Shown piece by piece: positions 9,882 to 22,861 of a stretch of 64,000 nucleotides of DNA. This DNA is from Haplodiscus bocki. Taxonomy: Eukaryota. The translations under genes and the position numbers were made by a program. Position 1 is the stretch's first letter. Each line of letters starts with the position of its first letter. The stretch is taken from the NCBI GenBank assembly GCA_965655095.1, contig OZ296658.1, positions 4,526,001-4,590,000 of the forward strand, given 5' to 3'. The notes below the pieces were generated by a model. That model worked only from the letters and a program-made list of their open reading frames with translations. It did not search any database and was not told where the DNA came from.

Positions 9882-12335
9882 TTGGAGTACCTATGATTCT
9901 GTAAACGAATATGAAAATCAGATCGCTTCGCTTCTGTTCGATTTGAATTTAAAACAATATATCGATTTCATTACAACAAAGAAAAGCTGTCTTGATCTTG
10001 TGTTTTGTAATGAAGATTCAATCATCAATGATACAAAGCTGTGCGGAAATCTGTCTCGTTTCTCAGACCATTTTCCCATCACGATCAATATGTCCATAAA
10101 TAGTAAAGTTGCAGAGAAATTATCAACGAGGTACTTTAGTTACTGCAATTGTGATTTCGATGCATTGAATGAGGATATTATTGCCAATCCATTCGAACCG
10201 TACTGCTATAGCAATGTGGATCTCAACACGAATCTTTGGTATGAATGGATATTTAAATTGATCGAAAAACATGTTCCTATCCGAACTAAAAACAGACAAC
10301 TACTGCCTCCATGGACATCTGCTGAGACATCACATCACATGAACAAGATAAAAACTGAGCGAAGAAAATTACAGAAAAAGGGACTCGGTACGTCTGAAAA
10401 ACTGAAAAAGCTAACCGAAGAATGTGATCAATTGCAAACAAATGATAGAGTCGATTACGAACAAAGGCTTTTTGCCAGCAGACATAAAGGACGAATTTTC
10501 AAATATTTGAAAAGCCTGAAAAAAGACAGTCTACCGCCAGTCATAAAATCAGAAAGCTTGAAAAGGGAAGCTAGCACAGATCTCGAGAAAGCAAACCTTT
10601 TTAATAATTACTTTGCTACGGTAGTGACTGATGACGATTATGAATACTTCGAACCAAGCGAGCAGCATAGTTTTGGGGAAAATGACATCATAATAACGGA
10701 AGATTCAATAAAAGCAGAGCTAAAGTCACTTAACATCTCGAAGAGCAGAGGTCACGATTCGATACCACCCATATTGTTTAAAAAATGCGGGGGATCAATC
10801 GCTACGTCCCTTCGAAACTTGTTCAGTAATATCAAGCGATTGCGCAAATTTCCATCTGCATGGAAGACCGGAATTGTCAGTCCGATATACAAAGACGGTG
10901 ACAAAAGAGAAGTTTCGAACTATAGGCCAGTTACTCTCTTAAACATAATCTCAAAATCATTTGAAAAATTCATCTTTGCACCAATTTACACTGCGTTTGC
11001 AGATTGTATAAGCAATTTCCAATTTGGTTTTAGGCCGAGACGTTCAGTTGTACTGCAATTACTATACAGTTTATCTCATATCTACTCACACTTGAACTCG
11101 AGAGACTCTGTTAATTTATTTGTTTTATTTGATTTCTCTAAAGCGTTTGACAAAATAAAGCATAGTATCCTGATGAAAAAGTTACTACAACTTCCCATCT
11201 CCAGGGCTTTATTCGAACTGATTCAAGACTATTTATTAGGAAGAACACAGAAAGTGCGAATAGGTGACCAGTTGTCGAATGAGCGGACTGTAACATCTGG
11301 AGTACCACAGGGATCGGTATTGGGACCATTACTCTTCTTGATATACATAAACGATCTCCCCACTGTTGTTTTCTCATCGATGGCTTTACTGTTTGCCGAT
11401 GATTTAAAATTGATTTTCAATGGGAGAGCTGAACAAGAATCCTTAGGAAAACTTCAAATCGATTTACAAGCCCTTCAGAACTGGAGTATGCAAAATCAAC
11501 TACTATGCAATTTGAAAAAGTGTTCAATCAGCGAATTTCAGTACGGTAGAAATAAGAACACTCTCGAAGGAGTTTGTTTTAATATGGAGGGTCGAAATTT
11601 AAACCACAAAAGCCTGGTTCGTGACGTCGGCTTGTTCATAGATGAATCACTAAACTGGAACGAGCATGTGAAAGTAAGAGTTGGAAAGGCAGCAAAATCG
11701 TTCTTTCTGTTAAGAAGAAGTACCATGCCGATCATTTGCACCCAGACTAAAGCCCATCTTTACCGATCAATAATAACAACGTCGTTACTTTTTGCATCCG
11801 AATGCTGGGAACTAAGAAATACGAGTTTCAAAATCATTGAAAAATTCAATAAAAAGGTTCTGAAGTGGATTTGCGGAAATTTGGATTATAAGGATGCTTT
11901 GGTCCAATCGAATTTATTACCACCACTCTACTTTAAAGTGCTTAAAGACCTTTTACTCTTCAGTAACATTTTGGAAGGAAGACACGATGTAGATTTTTCG
12001 AAAGAATTCAAAATCACTAACAGCGGTAGAAGAAGACGTGTTGTGCTTCCAGACACTAGATATGAAATACAGAGGCAAAACTTTTGGTACAGGACTGGAT
12101 TCAGAATAAACGTCGTGCAAAGATCACTTGATTTCTTCAACCCGGAAAATCTGAAGAAGAAACTGATTGAATATATGTGGACGTATTTTAATAGACATTG
12201 GACTGAAAACAATCCCTGTACTTGGATTTTCATTTGTTTATGTGTAAACTGTCGTGCCAATCCTAGATTCTAACAGAGGGGTAAAATTCCCCAGTGGCAT
12301 ATCCACGAAGTTATAATAATAATAATAATAATAAT
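9882..12335 (+). mobile_element. 5'-truncated copy of the same LINE (partial APE + RT), candidate 5-bp TSD ACACT
   Basis: Near-identical reverse complement of ~3703-6162; (TAA)n tail at 12313-12335; acact at 9877-9881 and 12336-12340. Confidence 0.95.
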
Positions 12336-13757
12336 ACACTATAGGTCGTGTTTGGTTCAACTGGATCAGTATTTTTCAAAGATTACAAATACGGAAGTTT
12401 TTATTAGTATTTGTAGTGGTGATACCGATAGTTTCTTTCATCCCACAGAACTGAAGATGCTCCAGATTTTGGTTCACTCCTCAGTAACTCACCTTTCGCA
12501 AAAGACAGCCCGTTTTATGCAAGAAGAAGTAACAGACAAAATTCAAGGCGAGAAAATGGAATTCTGACGAAGATAAGCAGCAGAACACTAAAGATGGAAA
12601 AACGTTCTGCATGCTGCAAAAGCTGAACGTAACGGACGTAAAAATCGAAAAATTTATCACAAGAAATGAGAATTTGCATTTGAGCATAGCGGCTACGAGT
12701 CTAGTATTATTTGATCGTGAAATAAAATGTTCAAAATTAGATATCTCACCCAGATGTTGGCCCCATTAACTTCTAGGGCCCAGAAACTAAGATGGATTTT
12801 CACCATTTCTCAATTATGTAAATTTTTCTTGCGTAGCATGACAGTTTGATTTTTTAGACTCATGTTTTCTTGTATCATATAACAATGGTTGTCGTTATCC
12901 TGAATGAGTTGTTGGAGAAAGTGGTTAGTTTTTTGGACTAATTTTTACAGTCGTTAGTGCCATTTGCGACAAATTCTGCAGTTTTGAAATATAATTGGCC
13001 AGTTTGTTTGGATTCTAAATCCTGTGAAATTTCAAATGCAACATAACTGAATCGAACCAATAAGCTCCTGTAAATAGCGAATTGGTTTCGAATTTTCTTG
13101 ATAAGTTATGAAATAACTTCATTAGTTCGAGCCTTGTATTCCATAAAGAAGGTTCTTCTCTATCAAAAACTAGATTTCGATGAAAATTGGACAAGGCCAC
13201 TGACACTCAATGTCCTACAAACCCTTAACGAAACCATTGCGAAAAAAAGACATCCTTGTTTTCTTTTTCTAATTGCCGAGAAAATCGAATTATTACACTT
13301 GCGCAAGCAAGTCTTATAAAGCAGGCTCCCGATTTTTTTCCGACTGTTCACAACTCGCATTTGTGTCTACTTCCTAATGTTGCCCAGGTTTTGTTCATGC
13401 GCTCTCGCTTTCTTGCAAAGGTTTGTTCTCGTGACCTATCTTCTAGTGTGCGCGCTTGTTTTAATTGAATTTTAAGCGGATAAACTACAGCCGTTCGCAC
13501 TTATAAAATTTACATATACATCTGAGTTAATAAAGTTCTGTATAATTGTTTAATCAGTAGTTTTCGTTATACCGTGGTGCCTTCAAAAATCAGTTATACT
13601 TGTTCAATTGGTGCACTAGTAATCCGTTGGCGCAAGTGTTGGTTGCGAAGCCCTGCTTCGCCTCTCTGTGAAAAGTAGATCATTAATTATCATTTCGAAT
13701 TAATCGACACGGCAAACGCTGAATTCATATTATTCGCATGAGATAATTTTTTTGCAG

Positions 13758-14887
13758 ATACAGCAGTGCGGAGAGAAGAAAGAGGATGCACTGGAAACAT
13801 GTAAATGTTTCTGTAAGAAGTGGTAAGTTAACCGAACAGGTGCTCGACAGTAGGGTGTGTTAATTTGAAAGTCCCAAAATTTCGCTTAAACCCTTTTTTT
13901 ATATACTTTTTAATGCATTTTGGGGCAAATTTGGCATTTTTCCCCATTAACGAAAAGCACCCATGAAACATGCTCATCAAAAAATTTCGTCAAAAACTGT
14001 TCTATTTTCGCCCCATTATTGGCTAAATACTCTGATGAACCTAAAAAACGGGATTGTCCCGCTTAGTGTCTATGAGTTGAAATCGGCAACCCCCTTCTAA
14101 TTAGAACCCCTCCTCCCCAATTAAAAAATCGGCATCTTCAAAAACGTATCGGTGTACGAAAGACGATCGGTAAATGCAAATTTTGTTATGCAGAAGCTCT
14201 ATTGAAATTAAACGTCTATTTAAAACGTGTAGTCATAGTTCGAGGTGTTATTACGCGCTTCCATTATGTTTATTTTTAGCCCCCCCCCCCCTCTTATTTA
14301 GACCCCACCTGTTGTCCGAGAATTTTCTATTGGACCCCCCCCCCCTCTCTCTCTGTTATTTTATACCCCCCTCCCTGTAATTCGGTAGACCAGAGTATGG
14401 CTAAATAAAATTTTGTTTGCAGTTTTTTGTTAATTGTGCAATTAGCATATTTTATGTAAAAAAACGGTGACGGTCAATTATGAGGCGTACATTTCACTTT
14501 TTGGTCTAGTATATGATCCACATTTTAGCAATGCTTTCTGCTTTTGACGAAACGTTGTTGGACAATAAGTTTGACAAATTGAAACTTTGACGCATCGGAA
14601 CGAAAACATTGTTCACTGTTTCGTTTGTGGATTGCAAATTTTTGCATATTGGACCACCAAAAGACCCTTTATTTTCGTTGAATGATTGGCCTATGAATGA
14701 TATTCATTTCCTTATATGAAACAGGGGCGGAAAGTGATGAGCTCTGATTAAAGTTCTGTCCAAATTCGCAAACACTGATAACCTAGTGTACACTTTTCTG
14801 CTCACAGGTTGCCCGACCCGCAGAATTTTCTCAACAACGATGGTGTAATCAGCAGCTTCTATGACCTAAATCAGTTTCTACTTTCCG
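13758..14887 (+). other. Two candidate small host exons (13758-13822, 14808-14887)
   Basis: tttgcag|...|gtaagt and ctcacag|...|gtcagt splice in phase to give IQQCGEKKEDALETCKCFCKKW-LPDPQNFLNNDGVISSFYDLNQFLLS. Confidence 0.3.
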
Positions 14888-17019
14888 GTCAGTTTCAATT
14901 TGCTAATTTTGGAAAAGAACTAGTAGTTAGAGTTCTTGAAGTTGCGATCAAAATGCTTCATTATTTCTGATTAATTTCCGCATCCAAACAATGCGAATAG
15001 ACAAGCCCCTGAAAAGTTGAAAGAAAATGACGAAGAAGGAAATCAGTTTCAAAAGGACCTGTATATTTTGTCAAAATCCAAAATCATTTGATCCTGTTAC
15101 ATTGATAGCAATAAACCACGTTTTCTTAGATCGAACTCTTTCTCCCGCAGCAGAAATTTGCAGCTCAGCTTTTGGTGAAAGTTATTTGAACCAGAAAAAC
15201 AAAGCATAAAAATTTCATTTTGTCTAACGTAAATGTAGTTACCCGACGTGGTATTACTTCCAGCATAATTGAATTGGTACTATAGCTTCTATTTGTGACT
15301 GTTGTTTTTCAGGCCACTTTGACACCGGGTAAATAAATAGCGCTCAATAATTAGTTCATTCAATTTCACATCGCATGGGTGTTGGCTTAAGTAAGCGAAA
15401 GTAGTTTGTTGGGTAGTTGACAATGGAACAAAACACCTGGCTACCTCCGGGATATTTTGCGTGCTCCAACATTGTTAAAGATGCCTTTTAGAAGGATGAA
15501 GCTTTTTTTTTTCAAAATAATCTGTTTTTTCATCAGATTTTCTAACTTTTTGAACTTCAATTTTTTTTCTGATTTTCGCCAAAAAAACCTCAAAAATAAG
15601 ATGGAAGACATTTTCAAGCAAAAATACCATTTGAGACGCATTCTAGAAAAAATTTGCCATATGTAGCGATTGTGAAAAATTTCAACAGTTTTTGTCGAGA
15701 AAACCCATCTATTTTTCCTTAAAAAAAACCCACATTTTGAACATTTTAAGAATTCTTTCTATTCCAGTCGCATTCTACGGCAAATTTGCTACACTTTGGT
15801 GAAAAAATAATTTGACGTTCAGACTTGAACAAAATGCCGATGTTCGCGTGAACGCAATTGGGAAACATCGGGTAAAAAAAAACGTCGGAAATAGCGCATT
15901 TGAGAGGAAAATTTTGCGTCCATATTCTTAATAATATTGCGCAAAATAATAATAGTAACATTTGCGCAAGCAAGTGTTATAACACAGTCTAAATGTGGCC
16001 TAAATGTACAAAAATTAACTGAGTTTCAGCACATTTGTTATCAGTGGTATGAGTAGTATCGTGGCCCCTTCAGAAATCAGTTTTATGTAGTCGATTTGTT
16101 CACTGGTATTCCGTTGGCGCAAGTGTTGCGTAGCACAGTTTCGTCTCTCTGTTGATCGCTCATTACGGTTTTAAATGGCGACGAACTGATTTTGGCAGCA
16201 ATTTCAATTTTATACAGGGCTATAATCGTCCCAACTTTGCTCTTAATGGTAGCACCTGAGGCAACCTGACTTCGAGTTAATTGAGAAGAGAGTATTGAGC
16301 AAAACGGGAATAAAAATGAAGTTAGTGCAGCAACAAATAAACCTTTACTACTTGCAGAGCTTGAAGGAAATACTTTTGAAATTGATGTGTGGTTATCTAC
16401 ATTAACACTGGGCTGAAAACAACACGTATACATGGGTTGTTCATCTGCCTGTGTGAAAACGTCGTGCCAACCCGTTGTTATAGACTGGGAATTCTCGTCC
16501 TTGTGACCAAGCCACGAGTCCAAAATAATAATAAAGTAATTAAATTTGTACTATTTTGTGCTAGAACTTTCCAAAAGTTCGAAAACACATGAATAATATA
16601 CAGTCGTCTTTGGACAACGTGTGTATTTTACTGTATGAAAACGCTTTGTATCAGAAAATCTAGTTGTTCGTTCAATTTGTAACGTTGTCATTTTTTTGGA
16701 AACAATAGAAAAACAGAAAGTCGAATCTAATGTTTTACTTGGTATTCGATGTTCGTTCCATACTCAGAAAAATAGCCGCATTCTCTTGTCTTTCACTTTA
16801 ATTGTTTTCAACTAGCATGCGTTCACAATTTGATGTTGGGGCACCTTTACTGTAGTTTAATTGGACTTGTATGTTAAATCAAAAGACATACGGGATTGTT
16901 GCCTACCTAGGTTGAATATGAGCCCTGCCAAGAGATGCATCCTTTCCGACCAGCAATATTTACTCACGTGAGGCGACCCTAGTAGATATGCGCTGAAAAA
17001 ATTGACGTAGACATCGGAT

Positions 17020-17785
17020 AGTAGTAAGAGAGTGAGCAGATCTGTTGGGAGTGGTGGAGGCCCCTCCATGTATTGATATAGGCTAGAGGCTCCGAGAGCC
17101 CAATGGTGGGGAAAATCGGTTGTAACATTCCATGTTACGATAGGAATGCTAAAAGCAAAGTTCGTATGAGAAGAACGCCCATTTAAACTCAGAACTCTTT
17201 ATCCCCTAATCACTTAACCAGTGTTTAAGTGATTCGGGGATAAAGAGGTCTGAGTTTAAATGGGCGTTCTTCTCATATGAACTTTGCTTTAGCATTCGTA
17301 TCGTAACATGGAATGTTACATCGGTGTTCATTGGGTGGAGATCCCTTCTCGGCTGTTATGTGATTACGTGAGATCAATGAATTAAGATAGGTTTAGGGTA
17401 AGTGTTCGGTGGTGTCGAGAGAATGAATGTTTTGAGATAGGGGTCGGGAGCCGAGTGTTTTCAGCATGTATTAAGATATGGAGTTTAGTAGTATAAGAGA
17501 GAGCAGGACAGCCAGGGGAGAGTGGTCAAAACCCAATGTTTTAAGATAAGTAATAGGAGCCGAGAAGGGTCTTCACCCCCTGTGTGATAAGTGTTTTTTA
17601 GGTGGCGATGGTTAGTGTGATTTTCAGCATAGTGACATTTTGGCAAAAACTGTTTTTGTACTTTTTCTGAGCCGCGCGGATAACTAATATTATGCGGAAC
17701 TAATCATTACGCCGGATAGTTAATACGGCTGCGGCTTTTTTAACGCTTGAGGTAGTTTAACAGACTGCTGCTGTGACTTATTGCT
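17020..17785 (+). repeat. Left terminal inverted repeat of Polinton 1
   Basis: Reverse-complement match to 45610-46155 (e.g. gtgagcagatctg, gagccgagaagggtcttcacccc, gtgacttattgc) once the 200-bp insert is removed. Confidence 0.9.
17121..17320. mobile_element. 200-bp near-perfect palindromic (foldback/MITE) insertion, TGT...ACA ends, 5-bp TSD TCGGT
   Basis: tgtaacattccatgttacgata...tatcgtaacatggaatgttaca; tcggt at 17116-17120 and 17321-17325. The right TIR shows the empty site. Confidence 0.93.
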
Positions 17786-17883
17786 ACGCAAAAAGATTAA
17801 AAATTGGAAAAGTTAATTGGAGTGTATAAATGTTAACAAACACATTGTATAAGCTGCACATTTAGTTTGAAGAAGTTGAAATT

Positions 17884-18267
17884 TTACATTGAATTCCTTA
17901 TAAATGAAAGTACACTGACATTGTGAACTCCAGTATTTTCTTGTCAGCGCTTGAAGAGATGGAAAGCTGCATATATCGTGTAGAAACCGCAAACGCTGTA
18001 ATGGGGCTGTAGTGCTTCTGGCATCATCTGCTTGTACTGCTTGAGGAAACTACTATTCACTTCCGAGAGAATCTGCAAAATACAACCTGTAGCGAAAGTT
18101 TGCGATCATTATCCAATGTTCACCCTGCATATTGCTGGGTTCCGTATTTATTAGAGCAAAAGTTCCATTGGTTCGAGTTGGAACCTAATCTGAAGAAAAT
18201 GGGCCAAGGTACCGATACTTGAGTAAAAGGATACGAATTTTTATTTGCTGGAGAGCAACGTTATTAA
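17884..18267 (-). pseudogene. Polinton adenain-like cysteine protease remnant
   Basis: Manual translation gives INTEPSNMQGEHW, YFADSLG and LQPHYSVCGFY (catalytic H, D, Q, C) with stops. Confidence 0.8.
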
Positions 18268-18268
18268 T

Positions 18269-19580
18269 TTAGATATTCTTTCCAACAAAGCCAAACGTGT
18301 CAATTACAACCGAAGGACGTTTGTTCTCCGAGTACACTGAGTTCACTAACCTGTTCTAGAGGAAAAGCAAAATTTTAGCTCCAGTCTCATTGGTTCTCCA
18401 GATGGTTCTGGGTAATAACAGTTTTCAGTAGCGTCTTGCATTTAAGTCATCATTTACTACTACATAGTCGTCTTTGAAATTGTCAATTTGAATTGAGGGG
18501 ATTTCATCTTGAAACTTTATTGCTTTCATGTCGTAACATATAGACTACAATTATCAACAGCATCAAAGTCTACAATTGGCTGACCTCCTCTAAGTATTCT
18601 GATTTGTCTGCGATCGAATTGCTGATACGAGAATGGATTTTCAGTTAACGATCCAATGAATGCAGAGTTTGTATTCATTGCAGGAGCAATTCGACGAACT
18701 GTAGCATTGTCAGAATTATTTTCTTGAGTGAATTGGTTTTGTCTAGCGGGAATGATAAAATTTTTTACCAGAGTCTCCAAATAGTTGAACTCCAGGGATG
18801 TATGCAAGCGTGACTATTCTTTTCCTGTGATAGTCGTCCTTGAGAGCAATACGACGAGTATAAAGTGTGCAATCAACAATTCCAAGACTAACGTTGGGGT
18901 TGTCGCTAATCATGTAAAAGTTAGGTCTGGTTCTGATTAGTCGTAGCCTAATTTTCATAATTGGATATGAAAAAGTCAACCCCCAATTTACCATTCAATA
19001 TGAAACCATCGGGTCTACTAAGCATTTTCATTCTTGTAAAAAAGAGTTCAGACAAGGGGCGTCCATGATCTCATCAGGACATTCTTCAGAGTCATGCCCT
19101 TGGCATTGCAAAACTCCCTTGTGTTCGGAGATGGCTCCCTTGAACTCGTTGGAAATGTAAGTCTTGTGCGCATACGATCCATTAAAGTTGTAAATTTGCT
19201 GATTGTTGAGGTACACCCAACATTGGAAAAGTTTGAATGCAAACTGTTGTTCACATGAATAACCAGGGAACTGGAACGTTTTCCTCTTTGGTTTCCTCAT
19301 CTCCTGCAACCTTTGATTCTTCCTTGCGCTCTTTTTTGGTATTTTAAGTCTCGTAACCAAGACCCTTGAGCAATTTCGGTTTCACAGATAAGTTAATCTG
19401 TCTGGAATCAACGTAGTAGTTCCGATGCGTTTGAACGTCACATTCTCTGCAATTTTCATCAAATGAGGTAGTTGGATACTTTTCTTGTTCATGAGACAAG
19501 ACACCGTCAACTGCTGGGACTTTCCCTCCAAGATTTCCAGAAACTCCGGCAAAAGGTTGGTACCGAAAATTTCGACATGA
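18269..19580 (-). pseudogene. Polinton major capsid protein (double jelly-roll) remnant
   Basis: Fragments LHSNFSNV..., KIRLRLIRTRPNFYMI, IPARQNQF..EN....VRRIA.AM.TNSAF.GS..ENPFSYQQFD; many stops and frameshifts. Confidence 0.8.
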
Positions 19581-19923
19581 TCAATGTCTGTTTGTTAAAA
19601 TGTCTCTTCGGGACCGACTGGTTTGTTTTGCAGCCTTTGTTGGAATGCAGTCTTTTTCCTGCTACCATTACTCATTTTTTTTCGCAGAGTTTGTCTTCCC
19701 ACACTCTTTGCAGCTGTTTCAAAATTTTTTCTACCTTTGAGAACATATGCAATCTCTGGCACAGCAAGTCAGCACCAGCGCATTTTGCAGATGGGACGAT
19801 ATAATTACGCAGGAATGCAATTGTAGTTCTCTCAATAACTTGTGCAAGTGCACCGAAACTTCGCCCATGTTGTTGACCAATACCTCCGTAAAATGGAATC
19901 TCCAATTGTCTCGAAGGAACCAT
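19580..19923 (-). pseudogene. Small Polinton core/pX-like protein remnant
   Basis: FYGGIGQQHGRSFGAL...IVPSAKCAGADLL resembles the QxGxGxG core-protein gene usually found between mCP and MCP. Confidence 0.5.
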
Positions 19924-19941
19924 CTTGTAACGTCTCTTAGG

Positions 19942-20704
19942 TTAGAAATGAAGGGAGGCTTTCCTAAACATCAGAGGAAGACGAGTGATATCGATAGAAA
20001 CAACGTATTTTCTCACCGCCCGTGTCAAGTCAATGTGAAAAAATTTTGGAACAGTGGTTCGAATTGTAGGTTACTAAAGGTCTGATAGTTCATGTACTGT
20101 GCAGTAGTTATAATGTCCCTAGCTTTTGGCTTTGAAGTTAAAGGAAAGCAACAGCATTGGAGCCTTGGTGTCACCAACAATACTGCGCTCAATCAGGTCT
20201 GTGTATATCATGAGAGAGTGTATGCGAACAATGTCGTATGCAATTTCTGGTTTATGAGGTCCTTTTTCTCAACATCACTCCAATTTCATTGCCAACATTC
20301 CAAAACTTTGCCCTAAGTCCATACTAAAGAATGCAAAACCAGGTTCGTCATTTGCAAGGTAAATCTCAACTCTTTGCATTTTTTGAGTCAATAACTGTGA
20401 TACAGCTTTCGTTGTGATTGTGTCGCTCTTGAATGAGGGTGATCATGGCTACAACAGTGTATGTTATCGACGGGTAAATACCGGGTTCCACAGTGTAAAA
20501 CTCTGACGACTTTGAAAGTTTCTCATCAAAAAACATGAACTTCCCTTCTGTGACTTTGGTACATGGAAGTTTAGGATTTTTCCGAACTTGCAACCTACCA
20601 TTGGCCCTGGCCCTGCAGATTCAGCTGCTCCAGCAAAAAGTCTGTAAAAGAGCTGAGTGTGTTGTCTGGAAATGCTTGGAAGATGCATTTGACATCAACT
20701 CCAT
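19942..20704 (-). pseudogene. Polinton minor capsid (penton) remnant
   Basis: Collinear with 63222-64000 (VTEGKFMFFDEKLSK, EPGIYPSIT, IVGDTKAPMLL). Confidence 0.85.
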
Positions 20705-20724
20705 TGTAAACGATTCTTTGTGAG

Positions 20725-21625
20725 ATTACTTTGATCAACTCTTTTTGATAAATTTACCACGGGTAATCTCAAACTGTTCATCTTTTTTTGTATATGTAGG
20801 AGGTTTTCTGGAAGGAATTGCAACAATTTGAAAAACTTTCTGTGTAAATTGTGGCTTTTAACCTTTCCTGAAGGATAAATACTTCGAGTTACAAACTGTC
20901 TCCAATTTCACTCTTCGTTTTTCTATCTTCTCGTAGTGGCTTGCTGTACAGAATGGACGAGAAATCGGAAGTGTTGACATTCGTTGGAATTAATTCTATC
21001 GAGCAACTGTTTCTGAAATTCAGGGTTGTGATGAATTGAGACAATTTGTGAATGTACTTGTGTCCATAGTCTTCCATGTAACGGTAGACTATTTTCAAGG
21101 ATCGTATTGTACTTTCTGCAAATGCGGGCGCAGTTTAACTCATTGTAGATTGACTTAGTAATCCTTCGGCTTTGCAAAGTTTTTTGAACGTTTCTGCAAA
21201 TTCTGTTCTTTTGTCGACTCAATTTTTTCTGGGACGATTCTTGTAATCATAGTTAAAAATGCACGAATCGTTTCTTTGGAATCTTTTGTTCTCATTCCTT
21301 TTGCATCTCAGGTTCAATCAAATAAGTCTTGATGAATTAGTAGACACTTTACACCGTTAATGTCTCTGGCTAGTTTATCACCATATGCAAAGGCCACACA
21401 CCAACTTTTAAGAATCTAGCAGATGCCTTCTTTCTCTCGAATTTACATATGGGCAGAGTAAATATTGTATAGGAAGGTTCTGAATTCAGAAATTGTTTTA
21501 CCTATGATACTGGTAGGTTTCACTAATTTGCGCACAGACCCATAAGCAGCACCCCCTGTGTGTACAATCTTTGCAGCTTTTGGCGTTCATATTTTGAAAG
21601 GGACCCAGCTTCCTCTCTTTGGCTG
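20725..21625 (-). pseudogene. Polinton retroviral-like integrase remnant
   Basis: YRYMEDYGHKYIHKLSQFI and neighbouring fragments are collinear with 62285-63219. Confidence 0.85.
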
Positions 21626-21910
21626 TGGCATTTCGGGTCTGAACCAGAAATGGAGATTTACCAGTGGCGTCGAGTAACGGAAAGTAACTATTTGAAAGGT
21701 GTGACTTTTTACAACACAGTTGTTCAGCAAAGTCTGATAGTAAGGTTCCAGTTTTCCAAACCATCTAAAATTAATGTTTGTGAATTTGAAAGCTTATTAC
21801 GTCGACAGGACAAAATTTCTTTCGATTGAAGATCCTGCTCCGTAACTTGCTGAGTATTCGAACTCTTGATGTTGTACACAGGAGCAGGGACGAGAACAAA
21901 CTGTTCCATT

Positions 21911-22861
21911 TCAAGACAGATGGTTAATGGCGGGAGGTGGAATGACTTTTATGAGCTGTGAGCCTTTTTCGGATGCCAGAACGGCTCTTCTTTCCTTCCA
22001 GGTGATTCTTTTTAGAGTGTGCAATCGAACTTCGTTTTGAAATTTTGTCACGTGAGGTTTTTTCATGCTTCGCAGTTTTCCTATGAACAATTTTACTATG
22101 CGTCCGCAGAGAAACCTGATAAACTCTTCTGGACAAGATTCAAAAGACTTTTGGATTTGCGGGTAAATGATTGGAACACTTTGACAGTAGAGAAATTTTG
22201 TGCAGTCGTGGAGCATAGACTTCAAATGTGTCAGCCGGTCAGGGTTGAAGATTTTTTGAGGGATTGGATCCAGTGGTTGCACAGTAACGTAATCGATTTT
22301 CCGTTCGTGGCGGCAAGTCAAATAAAAGACCGTAGGGAACAGTTTTGCGTCTCGATACCAGTCAACTAACTCTGATCAGAGCCCTAAATGTGCACTAAGC
22401 ATGCTGACTGGCATCACATCAAATTGAAATTTGATGAGAACTATGTGCGTGTTTTGGAGCTCAACGTCTTGCCCAAGTTTGCTTTGCAATTTGAGAAACC
22501 AGTTGTGCTTAAGGTAAATGGTGCTCAATCCACGTTGTCTTCCAGCAGAAGCAATATCAACAAATGCTTTTGAATTGCAAATCTCTTCACATGAACTGTC
22601 GAAGATTAACAAGTACTTTGTACCGTTGTTTTCTAACGAATCAGTAAATACAAAGTTTACACCTTGAAAAAGCTCAGGATTTTCAATCTTTTTGCATAAC
22701 ATCGTAATATGGCTGGGAGTGTTGATAAAGTATTTTTTCTCAAATTTTGGTTGAAACGTTCCAATTTTGAGCCAATTGTAAATAAGTTGTGACTTTCTCT
22801 TCTCGAACGAACCGACCAATGATATAAAGACGCGATTTTTTGTAGAAATCAACTTGTTCAT
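21911..22861 (-). pseudogene. Polinton packaging ATPase remnant plus overlapping small gene
   Basis: Homologous to 60962-61919; Walker A degraded to GSFEKRKS; LLIFDS and AGRQRG remain. Confidence 0.88.

Noticed and set aside
15440-15955. AT-rich segment that looks like an interspersed repeat
   Set aside because: No TIR, TSD or second copy demonstrable within the window.
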